Shown one piece after another: positions 48,507 to 58,100 of a DNA stretch of 64,000 nt. The DNA lies in IMG/VR virus record IMGVR_UViG_3300022752_000037, positions 31,264 through 95,263 of that record; one strand, given 5' to 3'. The position numbers and the translations under genes are program-made. This DNA is from a virus. The notes below the pieces were generated by a model that worked only from the letters and a program-made list of their open reading frames with translations, did no database searches and was not told the origin of the DNA. The first letter of the stretch is position 1. Each line of letters starts with the position of its first letter.

Positions 48507-48531
48507 CAAAGGGCGCACTGTGCGCCCTTTG
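48507..48531 (-). terminator. Intrinsic terminator after the major capsid gene
   Basis: CAAAGGGCGCA-CTG-TGCGCCCTTTG perfect stem followed on the minus strand by TTATTTTT. Confidence 0.85.
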
Positions 48532-48556
48532 ATAAACAAACATTTTTCCTTTTAGA

Positions 48557-49738
48557 TTAAAAGAATGTTGCGTTTGATACTGTTACTGTACCTAGATAAT
48601 CTTGAGCATTACCAAGAGAACTTGCAGTATTTGTTAACTCTACATAACCATAACGTGTCATAAAGCTAACTACTGGCTCAAAACTACTTGGATCAAGTAC
48701 AACACCACTACTCATTAATGGAATATATGGGCAGTAGAAAGCTGCGGCGTCAGATTCTGTAGAACCTTTGTAACCGACAAGCACTTTGTCTGATCCTGAA
48801 ACTTCTGTTGCATATGTGTCAACGTAAATCTTCATTGCACCATTTAATGTACCAGCAAACTTGGTATTTGTTGGAGCTTCAAATGTACCTTCAGTTGTAC
48901 GAGCAAATGCACTTGTTGTAGCACTCTGTAGCATTGTTAATACTTGAGGACTCACAACAGCCCAGTTACCTGCACCACGACGTGTACGTTGAGCGATTCT
49001 GTTACTTACACGATTAATAGCAACTGCCAAAGCTGCGTGTTCATCACCGACAAATGTAGCTGTACCACTAACAGCGGCTTGATTAAACTCGATGTTATTT
49101 TGTGATCCGGCTAATGAACGTAGGCTTGAAAGGATTTCACGATCGATTTCAGCAGTAATTTCTTGTGCTAGAGCAGCCATAATTTCTGCTTCAACATCGA
49201 TACCGTGTTGAGCTTGCATATCTTGAGCAGCTTCAAATGTCCAACGAGCTGATAGCTTACGAGTTTTAGCTTCAACTGTTTGCTTTAAGATTTGAATGCT
49301 CATTCTACGACCGGCGGCACCTTCTAGAGCTGCTGTTGCAGCAGCAGTTCCCGCATCTGATCCTGAATAGCCTTCAGCAATCTTAAATGGACTTAGAGCT
49401 TCTTCACCTGGTACAGCACTATCGCCAGCTGTAGCACTAAAGTTATCCGCATAACGAACTCTTAGAGTATGAATCTGGCCAACTGGTCCAGTCATAGGTT
49501 GTACGCCAACTAGCTCATTAGCAATAACGGTTGGCATAACACGTCTGATTACTGGAAGAATCACACGATTTAATGTTGCGACGTTGCCGGCAGAAGTAGC
49601 ACCAGCTGTAGCACTTTCTGCGAGATACTTACGAGTATTCTCTAGAGTAGTTGCCATTACTGATTTCTTGGTGCCTTGTAGGCCTTCAAGAAGGGCCTCT
49701 TTTGTCTCTGCCCAACGGCTTGTTAGTAGTTCTGACAT
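48557..49738 (-). CDS. gp23: Major capsid protein
   Basis: LPVIRRVMP..IA.ELVGVQPMTGPVGQI, VEAKTRKLSARWT.E.AQD, EI..EIDREI, FYCPYIPL, F.TRYG. Confidence 0.97.
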   Translation of the reverse strand: MSELLTSRWAETKEALLEGLQGTKKSVMATTLENTRKYLAESATAGATSAGNVATLNRVILPVIRRVMPTVIANELVGVQPMTGPVGQIHTLRVRYADNFSATAGDSAVPGEEALSPFKIAEGYSGSDAGTAAATAALEGAAGRRMSIQILKQTVEAKTRKLSARWTFEAAQDMQAQHGIDVEAEIMAALAQEITAEIDREILSSLRSLAGSQNNIEFNQAAVSGTATFVGDEHAALAVAINRVSNRIAQRTRRGAGNWAVVSPQVLTMLQSATTSAFARTTEGTFEAPTNTKFAGTLNGAMKIYVDTYATEVSGSDKVLVGYKGSTESDAAAFYCPYIPLMSSGVVLDPSSFEPVVSFMTRYGYVELTNTASSLGNAQDYLGTVTVSNATFF

Positions 49739-49764
49739 TATAATTTCTCCTAATTGTCTATAAC

Positions 49765-50856
49765 TTAAATTCCAGCAAGACGACGTATATCAATGATATT
49801 ACTGTCTTCTTTGCTGCTACTTACGCTGTTGGTTTCCTTGTTGCCTGTAACTTCTTTTGCCTCAACTAATGCCTGTTTTTTCTTTTCAGGAGCCTGACCA
49901 GCTATTACTGCTGGCAGGTACTTGTCAAAACTATTTCGTAGTTTTGATGTCTGTACACTTTCAAGTAATTCTTTCATAATAGCCTTTTGCTGTGGAGCTA
50001 AAGGAGCTACTAATTCACCGAGAATAACTTGACGTTCTTGGCTTTCTTTAAGAATTTTAACTTCTTTCTCTTTGCTTTCCATAACTAAACGTGCTTCTGC
50101 TACAGCGTTTTTGGCAGCGGCAAGTTCTAATTCCTTAGTGTCTATGACCTTAAGCAAACGAGATGTTTCTGATTTTTCATTAAGATAACTGTTCTGATAT
50201 TCGTTAACAAATGCTTCAAACAATTTGCGACCAAAGTCATTACGGCGAGCACTTTCGATATCTTCTTTCAGTTGTCCAATCTCTTTGGTAAGAGTTTTTT
50301 CAACTGTAGATTCTACTAATTGTGCAGCACGTTTTACAAATTGTTGTTTCATATTAGCAAGAGCTTGACGTCCTTCACGAACAAGTTTAACCTTAGTTTT
50401 TGCTAAATCTTGCTTGTCTAAATGAAATTCTGCTATTTCTTGAGCAAGAGCTTCTACTACAAACTTTTCTAAAGTTTTGAATTTCTCCGCCATCTGTACT
50501 TGATCTTCATGCAACTCTTTAACTTCGCTAACTAGTTGTCGGGTAACAAATTCTTTCATTAAACGAGAGACTTTTTTACCTTCTACAACCACACGAGCTT
50601 TAGCTTCAGCGAGCTGATTACGATCTTCTACAAATTGCTTTATTTCGTCTCTTAGTTGATCACCAAGCATACGATCAATTGCTTCTACCATGACTTGTTT
50701 GTCATGTTCGTAGCGTTGAGCAAATTCTTCACGTAGTTCTTGAGTAAGTTGGGTGCGAGCTTCGGTTAGACGATCGTTCCATGCTTTCTCAATGTCAGCT
50801 TTTACCTCTTCAGAAATCACATTATTCTCAAATAGTTGTTTTATTGCATCCAACAT
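49765..50856 (-). CDS. gp22: Prohead core scaffolding protein
   Basis: Coiled-coil Glu/Lys-rich protein between protease and capsid genes; NDFGRKLFEAF. Confidence 0.85.
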   Translation of the reverse strand: MLDAIKQLFENNVISEEVKADIEKAWNDRLTEARTQLTQELREEFAQRYEHDKQVMVEAIDRMLGDQLRDEIKQFVEDRNQLAEAKARVVVEGKKVSRLMKEFVTRQLVSEVKELHEDQVQMAEKFKTLEKFVVEALAQEIAEFHLDKQDLAKTKVKLVREGRQALANMKQQFVKRAAQLVESTVEKTLTKEIGQLKEDIESARRNDFGRKLFEAFVNEYQNSYLNEKSETSRLLKVIDTKELELAAAKNAVAEARLVMESKEKEVKILKESQERQVILGELVAPLAPQQKAIMKELLESVQTSKLRNSFDKYLPAVIAGQAPEKKKQALVEAKEVTGNKETNSVSSSKEDSNIIDIRRLAGI

Positions 50857-50871
50857 GTGATTCTCCTCTGT

Positions 50872-51504
50872 TTATCGGAGCTTGCCTATTATTGCTAATA
50901 GGCTCTCTTTGAGATATTTTTGTGCCTTAGGATCATCCTTGGCCGCTTGCGCTATACGCAAGCCACGATAACCATTACGAGTATTCATAAGGTGTTCGTA
51001 TATTGGTGTAGGATATGCTCCAGGAGCACTTGGTTGAGCTACCACATCCACTGTGATAATCTCGAAATCGGAAACTTCACCGGAACCGTCATCTCTGACG
51101 TTCCCGGATCCGCGACTACTTACTCCTAACTTCACACCGCTTTCTAACATAGTCTTTACTAGGTTACCCATTGGTGTGGGTAGGATTTTTAATTTTCCAT
51201 AACCGTCTGCGCCTTCCATCCACATTTTTGTGACCATATGGCACACGCGGTCAAGGTTAATTCTTAGGTCATCAGGATGATCTACTTCGCCAAGAACTGA
51301 ATATCCACCTTCAATTTGATCGTTCAGGGTTTTGACAGCCCTGGCGATTTCTTTCGCAGGATAAACACGCTGATTCTGATTCCTTTTGTCACCTTGGATG
51401 AAAATACCAGTCATATAAAGACTTTTACTTCCATCCTGACCATCGGACTCAACGACCATCTTAGCTTGGTCGAAACTCAGGTTTTCACGAAGATAGTTCA
51501 TCAA
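50872..51504 (-). CDS. gp21: Prohead protease
   Basis: NQNQRVYP, LGEVDHP, PTPMG, GVSSRGSG, DVVAQPSAPGA. Confidence 0.95.
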   Translation of the reverse strand: MMNYLRENLSFDQAKMVVESDGQDGSKSLYMTGIFIQGDKRNQNQRVYPAKEIARAVKTLNDQIEGGYSVLGEVDHPDDLRINLDRVCHMVTKMWMEGADGYGKLKILPTPMGNLVKTMLESGVKLGVSSRGSGNVRDDGSGEVSDFEIITVDVVAQPSAPGAYPTPIYEHLMNTRNGYRGLRIAQAAKDDPKAQKYLKESLLAIIGKLR

Positions 51505-51510
51505 TCAACC

Positions 51511-52443
51511 TTATTTGGCACGCTTTGGAGCACCGTTCATAAGACTCCCGGCACCTTTATCAGCTTGCTCTTTACCTAAGCCATTTGGATATGTTGGCTC
51601 TTTATGTTTGAATGCTGTTTTACCAGCATTACCACCTGGGACATTAATATTGCCCATGTTATCTTCTTTAGGGTTTCCTTTGAAAACACTGCTTCCTTTT
51701 AGGTGACCCTTGTTGGCCTCTACTGGACCACTCTCTGTACCGCCTTTTAGGTTAGCTGTTGTTCCACCCATGTCATTCTTTCCTGCTACAATGCTTTTGG
51801 TGTTAACACCATTATCGCCCATTTTACCGTAGCTTGTATAGTCTTTACCACCTACCTTTTCTACGTATTCACGCATGAAATTATCAGTTTCAAAACTTAG
51901 TTTATCTTCTTCATCGTCTATGCCCATGTCATCCATGCCCATACCATCGTCACCAGCAGCGAATTCATCACCACCGATGTCATCCATTCCTTCTTCGCCA
52001 CCCATCATGGCTTCGAATTCTGACTTGAGTTCATCAAGAGCATCTTCTAAATCCATTACACGATCTTCTAGGTCGCCCTCGCCGCCTATATCATCTGTAT
52101 CATCCATGCCTTCTTCATCATCTGCCTCAAGGTCGTCGATCATGTCGTCTCCGGCATCACCGCCTACATCGTCACCAGTTTCATCATCTTCGCCTTCGGA
52201 GAAACCGAAACTTTCATCCATGTCTTTGTCTTCATCGTCTTCTTCAGCAGACTCGTCGACTTCTTTATCTTCGTCGTCGTCTTCTTTTTTCTCGTCAAGG
52301 TCTTCGAAATCCTCAGCAAGAATTTGTTCGTAAATTTCACGTGATTTAGCAACCACGATTTGATGGAAAAGCTCTTTAGCTTTGTCACTATCGTCATTAA
52401 TTAGATGTTCGAGCATCTGCTCGAATTTGTTTCGATCAGTCAT
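51511..52443 (-). CDS. Highly acidic prohead core protein
   Basis: A..LFH.IVV.KSREIYE N-term and long D/E tracts; position between portal and protease. Confidence 0.7.
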   Translation of the reverse strand: MTDRNKFEQMLEHLINDDSDKAKELFHQIVVAKSREIYEQILAEDFEDLDEKKEDDDEDKEVDESAEEDDEDKDMDESFGFSEGEDDETGDDVGGDAGDDMIDDLEADDEEGMDDTDDIGGEGDLEDRVMDLEDALDELKSEFEAMMGGEEGMDDIGGDEFAAGDDGMGMDDMGIDDEEDKLSFETDNFMREYVEKVGGKDYTSYGKMGDNGVNTKSIVAGKNDMGGTTANLKGGTESGPVEANKGHLKGSSVFKGNPKEDNMGNINVPGGNAGKTAFKHKEPTYPNGLGKEQADKGAGSLMNGAPKRAK

Positions 52444-52477
52444 GTTTGGTCTCCTGTAAGTTCAAGGCTGTCAATTA

Positions 52478-52483
52478 TATTTA
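52478..52483 (-). promoter_or_regulatory. Late promoter TAAATA for the head operon
   Basis: Upstream of the AGGAG SD of 52443. Confidence 0.65.
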
Positions 52484-52520
52484 CAAATTATTACAATAAA
52501 CCGTGTTAAACAGTGTATTT

Positions 52521-53108
52521 TTAACGTATTTTTTTCCAAGTTGTAATATTTTTCCTAAAATTTTCAATTGTGATATTTTCAAAATTTAATACATCAAAAT
52601 CAGGATTATAAAAATTTTCGTCAACTACTCTATAGTAATTTACTTTAGGATATTTTTTTAGAATTTCGTAGGTCTGTCTTTTCCAATTACCATAGTAAGT
52701 AGCTTGTTCGTTTGATTTTTTATAATTTTCAGTATCAGAATAAATGTTATTAACATATCCTCGTGGACTTCCGATGTAATCAAATCCTAATATATAAATT
52801 TCAGTTGCTCCATGATTACTAGCCATATTCAAGGCTGTTGGTCCACTGCTCCATCCTAAACTTGGTTCGAAATAATTTAGATTTTTAAATTTTTTAAATT
52901 TAGAATTTTGATTAGTCCATACCGGATTATTAAGATGATACCCTTTACTTTCTATCTCAACGACCATTTTTACATCAACTGCTATTAGATAATCAGGAGT
53001 AAAATCTCTATACAGCGCATTACATCCGTATATTAAACCATAGGATCTTAATTCTTCGAGATTAATATTAGAACGGCTTTTCCCGTTACCACATACAAAA
53101 CTACGCAT
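52521..53108 (-). CDS. DUF115/Maf/CstII-like nucleotide-sugar transferase-fold protein
   Basis: VCGNGKSR, YGCNALYR..PDYL.AVD, SSGPTA...A, IYILGFD; start 53108 has an AAGGA SD. Confidence 0.6.
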   Translation of the reverse strand: MRSFVCGNGKSRSNINLEELRSYGLIYGCNALYRDFTPDYLIAVDVKMVVEIESKGYHLNNPVWTNQNSKFKKFKNLNYFEPSLGWSSGPTALNMASNHGATEIYILGFDYIGSPRGYVNNIYSDTENYKKSNEQATYYGNWKRQTYEILKKYPKVNYYRVVDENFYNPDFDVLNFENITIENFRKNITTWKKIR

Positions 53109-53127
53109 AATTATCCTTTTGAATAAT

Positions 53128-53367
53128 TTATGCTGCTGGCTGTGGTGGAGGCTTGTACATTGATTCAATAAATTCTAATTCTTTTTCTTGTTCTAGAATA
53201 TGCCGTTCACTAGATTTTCTTAGTTCGTTTATTTGTTTTAAGCTTAATCTTGTCTTACGTGTGTCACTTCTTTTCATGACATCATTATCTCTTCTTGGAC
53301 TATATCCAAGGTTATCCGAAAGAGCGTTAGCTTCTTGACTTCTATAAAATAATTCACGTAATATCAT
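53128..53367 (-). CDS. Small head-region protein
   Basis: MILRELF...DTRKTRL.L.QINELRK...MY; own TATAAATA promoter. Confidence 0.7.
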   Translation of the reverse strand: MILRELFYRSQEANALSDNLGYSPRRDNDVMKRSDTRKTRLSLKQINELRKSSERHILEQEKELEFIESMYKPPPQPAA

Positions 53368-53372
53368 AAAAA

Positions 53373-53380
53373 TATTTATA
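53373..53380 (-). promoter_or_regulatory. Late promoter TATAAATA
   Basis: 5 nt upstream of ATG 53367, overlapping the portal stop. Confidence 0.7.
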
Positions 53381-55103
53381 CAGTTACAGTTCCAGCAGGT
53401 GCCGATGGAGCCGCTTGCCCAGAAGGCGGCATAGCAGTTTCTCCAGGAGCCGCTCCTATTTCTGGAGGAGCATTTTCATCTGATAAATCAGTTAAGTCAC
53501 TTTCTATTCCAGCCTGACTAATCCCTGCTCCACGAAGTTCTCCACTCGGATCAGTAGAAACAATATTAGATTTACCGTTTTCTTCAGCCCATAGTTTCTG
53601 ATTTTCCGCCATTTCTTCATCACTAAGACCAAGAAATCTTTTTAGGGCAAATCTTTTACTAATGAACGGAACTTGTTGTAATGTATTAAATGTGTTAATT
53701 CTTTGTCCATCCATCTCGCTTTGTCTATATGCAGCAAAATTTAAAGGAGGATTTAACTGAAGCTCGAATAAACTAGTATCTATGTTAACTCCTTTATCAT
53801 AAAGAAACAATTTAAATTCTTGATCGAATACGTCTTCTAATAAACTTTGTAATCTTTCACAGTATTTGTTAAATCTTAATTCTTGAATATAAGCAGTTCC
53901 TACACGACCATCATTGTAACTGGCTTGACTATCATCGGCTCCTGTAGGCAAATAACTACTAGGAATTCTCAATCCTCTAAATAATTTATTAGTGAAATAT
54001 TTTAAATCATCTATCTCACCGAGATTGGTACCTCCTGGTAAAGTATCAACTTTTGACCCTCTACCTTCTGCTGTTTGTGGGAAAAAGTAATCTTCATTAA
54101 TACTTAATGGATTATAAGCACTATCAATAACATTTTGTCCTCCTCCTGTAGAACTAGGAATTCGTCTTTGATGTATTTCGTTTTTTACACGTTCGACAAA
54201 GCTCATAGCCAAATGACTTGGCATATTACCTACATCAATATAGAAAACACGGCGTTCAGGAGCACGTTGTACTCTATAAATTATAATAGCATCTTCTAAT
54301 AATTCTTTTTGTTTATAGACTTTAAATACCTGTTCAAGTAGACTGTTTCCAAAAGGATAATTATTATCTAATCCTTCACTTAGACTAAGATGTATAACGT
54401 GCTTAGATTCAATAGCTACTTCATTTTGATTGTTTTGAAAACGTGTTCCTGGACTAATTGGATAGGCACTAGCTTGTCCTCTAGCCGCAGCTCCTCCTGC
54501 TACATATGCTGTTCCTCGATTATTTGTATTGGTTGTATTTGGATTAATAGCAGTTACAACTAAGTCCATAAAATTTGGATTTAAATCTCTAATAACATAT
54601 TGTTCTGGCTTTTTGCCTTCACTCTCGTTAACAATAATTTTTGTAATTTTACCTGGGTCAACATGATACCATTGTTTACTTTCAGGATCTCTAATAAAAA
54701 ATCCATCGCCATATTTAAATATATTTCTTACGATTCTAAACACCCGTGTGTCAAATTTGTTCATTTTGCACCATTGTTGTAGATATTCACGTAATATTGT
54801 TATTTCGCTAGTAGTTGCCTGTGATTTAAAATGAAGTTGGAATGGTGTTTTATTAGTTTCATTTGGTTGGGTACAGAATTCAGCAAGTATGTCAAGGGCA
54901 GCATTAACTTCACTATCCATATCCATAGTGTCATATTGAAGATATCTATCAATACGATTAGGAGCACCTGTATAAACATCTGGAAGATAGCTACTATAAT
55001 TTGCCCTTGCAGGCCCAGGTCTACTGGCATTCATTCCTAATGGACTAAATGTTCCAGGTTGATTATCTACTAGTACAGGTGTGAAATATTTTTTCCAACT
55101 CAT
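53376..55103 (-). CDS. gp20: Portal vertex protein
   Basis: LLEDAIIIYRVQRAPERRVFYIDVGNMP, EDYFFP..GRGSKVDTLPGG.NLGEIDD, ELRF.KY. Confidence 0.97.
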   Translation of the reverse strand: MSWKKYFTPVLVDNQPGTFSPLGMNASRPGPARANYSSYLPDVYTGAPNRIDRYLQYDTMDMDSEVNAALDILAEFCTQPNETNKTPFQLHFKSQATTSEITILREYLQQWCKMNKFDTRVFRIVRNIFKYGDGFFIRDPESKQWYHVDPGKITKIIVNESEGKKPEQYVIRDLNPNFMDLVVTAINPNTTNTNNRGTAYVAGGAAARGQASAYPISPGTRFQNNQNEVAIESKHVIHLSLSEGLDNNYPFGNSLLEQVFKVYKQKELLEDAIIIYRVQRAPERRVFYIDVGNMPSHLAMSFVERVKNEIHQRRIPSSTGGGQNVIDSAYNPLSINEDYFFPQTAEGRGSKVDTLPGGTNLGEIDDLKYFTNKLFRGLRIPSSYLPTGADDSQASYNDGRVGTAYIQELRFNKYCERLQSLLEDVFDQEFKLFLYDKGVNIDTSLFELQLNPPLNFAAYRQSEMDGQRINTFNTLQQVPFISKRFALKRFLGLSDEEMAENQKLWAEENGKSNIVSTDPSGELRGAGISQAGIESDLTDLSDENAPPEIGAAPGETAMPPSGQAAPSAPAGTVTV

Positions 55104-58100
55104 TAATAAACGCCTACAAAATTATTTTTATTATTTGCTTTAACTGCTCTGAGCTGATCACCTAGTAACTTTTGATTTTGATCAATAAGATTCTGCATAT
55201 TCTTATTTAATGAACTTAGTTGTTTTACAACATCATTAAGAGTTGCATCTTTTGTTACAGTTGCAGTGGATTTAGATTCAGATGTTTTAGATTCATTATT
55301 AGATGTTTCACTATCAGACTTTTTTTCTGCCTGTCTTTTTAATCTAGCAGTTTCAGCACTGCTTTCGTTTTCTTCTTTTTTAGATATACTCTGAGTTTGA
55401 GATTTTAAATCTGCACCGTATTTTTTCATTCCTGGTAGATGTATAGTATTAAGATCTAATTCACCTTTCTCATTAAAAAAGGGATTAGTCGTCTTTAATT
55501 GAGAATCTAAGCTCTTTTTAGATTCTTCAGGAATATCAGTGTAATATCTTTCTCCAGTTTCTGGATTTATCTTGATACCTTGTGCTACACTACCATCTTC
55601 TGCTAATACATCCATGCCAGATGTATTTTTTTGAATATTTTTTTGTAGTTCTATTGCTTTGTCAAGACCTGCAAATTCATCAAACGGTAGTGCATTTTTT
55701 ATAGCTGATGAAATATAATCTGTATCTTCTTCTTCTTTTGGTAGATGTTTATCGATCATTGAACCTAAATTAGCTTGTATATCACCGACTACTTCATCGA
55801 GTCCACCACGCATATCATCAGCAAATAATAACATCTTTTCTTGTTCATTTATTGCTTTATCTACGCCTGCAAATTCATCAAACGGTAGTGCATTTTTTAT
55901 AGCTGATGAAATATAATCTGTATCTTCTTCTTTTGGTAGATGTTTATCGATCATTGAACCTAAATTAGCTTGTATATCACCGACTACTTCATCGAGTCCA
56001 CCACGCATATCATCAGCAAATAATAACATCTTTTCTTGTTCATTTATTGCTTTATCTACGCCTGCAAATTCATCAAACGGTAGTGCATTTTTTATAGCTG
56101 ATGAAATATAATCTGTATCTTCCTCTTCTGGTTGCTGATATTCATCAAGCATCGATCCTAAGTTGGCTTGAATGTCGTGTGCAACTTCATCGAGTCCACC
56201 ACGCATATCATCAGCAAATAATAACATCTTTTCTTGTTCATTTATTGCTTTATCTACGCCTGCAAATTCATCAAACGGTAGTGCATTTTTTATAGATGAT
56301 GAAATATAATCTGTATCACCGATCAGATCATCTATTTCTATCGGTTTAAATTCTATACCAGACATTACACTTTCGATATCTTCAGCTATGTTATTAGCTT
56401 CAAGCATCATGGCATCTTTAGCAGCAATTACACTATCTGTAGGAATAAGATCAGCCATTTCGCTCGCTATCTCATCTGCTGCCATAGTCATATCTGATAA
56501 TGTTGTAGTAGCAGCCGGAATAGATTTTGTAATGTTATTAATGTCTTCAGCAATTTCATTTGCTTCTAACATAAAATTATCTCTTGCCTGAACTAATACA
56601 TCTTCTACTTGTATTGGTGGAATATCAACAGCAGACATTTCTCCGGCGATGTCTTCAGCAATTTCGTTCGCTTCTAGCATCATAGCATCTTTAGCAGCAA
56701 TTACACTATCTGTAGGAATAAGATCTGTTATTTCACTAGCAATTTCATTTGCTTCAAGCATCATAGCATCTTTAGCTTGTGTTACGCTGTCTAATTGAGA
56801 AATATTAGTTTTTTCTGTAACGCCGACAATCTGTCCTTGAATGCCTTCTGATAACTCTAGCTGATCATTCAGAGCTTTTTTAGTAGCTTCAATTTCAGCT
56901 TTGTTATATTCTTCATTGGTCTTTAAAACATCTATCCTATGTTTTAAACTTTCTAATTGTAGTTGTTCTTCATAGGTTAGTTGTTGTTCTTGTGCCTTAG
57001 CTTCTAATTGCTCAATTTCACCTAATGTTAATTTTTCTCGCTCTAATCTTTTTTGTTCTTTCTCGTTCAAATAAACAAGATGCTCTTCATTAGATTCTAC
57101 AGAAGAATTCATTGCTTCTTTGTAAGACTGGCTAAATCTTCTAGCAGATCCAGACATTTCTTCGCTAGATTTTTGTATTTCTATCACAGGCAATGATTCA
57201 ATTAGGTCTTTGTTTATTTCTTCAAGCTTTAAATTAAAACCTGAAAGATCAACTTTGCCCATTGTAGACTGAATATCATTGTAAGTTTTTTCAAAACTAC
57301 TACCGAACTCGTCCATCATACTGCCAAATGGCAGTTTCATTTCTTCTCCGAATTCACTAGTTAATGCTTTGAAATCTGGTTTAGGAACGTCAGGAGCGTT
57401 GTCTACTGCTCTAACACTTGCTTGAGTAGGTGTAAGTTTAGCTGCTTCTGCTCTTTGTAATTCACTAATAACAGTTCCTGTAACTGATTTGATATCCAGA
57501 GGCTCTTGAGTTGTTTTTTCTATCTTATTATCTATTGCTCTAACACTTGCTTGAGTAGGTGTAAGTTTAGCTGCTTCTGCTCTTTGTAATTCACTAATAA
57601 CAGTTCCTGTAACTGATTTGATATCCAGAGGCTCTTGAGTTGTTTTTTCTATCTTATTATCTATTGCTCTAACACTTGCTTGAGTAGGTGTAGGTTTAGC
57701 TGCTTCAACTGGTTTAGCTGCTTCTTCTTTTTTCGCAACAGGAGAAGGAGGAGGCGGTGGAACATTAGATTTACCAAAGTCTTTAGGCCAATTAATAACT
57801 TCTACTTTGCTAGGTGTAGTGGGCTGCTTTAATTCTATAGTTTGTGGAGTCTTAGGTATTGGTGCTGATACTGTTGTTGAAATATCTTTACTAATAGAAT
57901 TTAAATCAATTCCTTTAGTAGAATGCATAGAAGATATTTGTTTTTTTAAATTATCAATAGCCTTAGCTGCTCCTTGATTTGTCATGCCTTTAGCAATATT
58001 TGTCATTTCATCTGGACGCACTACACCTTCTAAACCATGCAGCTCAACAAGAGTGCCTTTACCCCAATCTTCAAATAGATTGCCAGTCATCTGCACACTA

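Noticed and set aside
55668-57692. Long direct repeats considered as a CRISPR array or DGR template/variable repeats
   Set aside because: Units are contiguous multiples of 3 within one ORF, with no unique spacers, no adenine-specific mismatch pattern, and no cas or reverse transcriptase gene in the window
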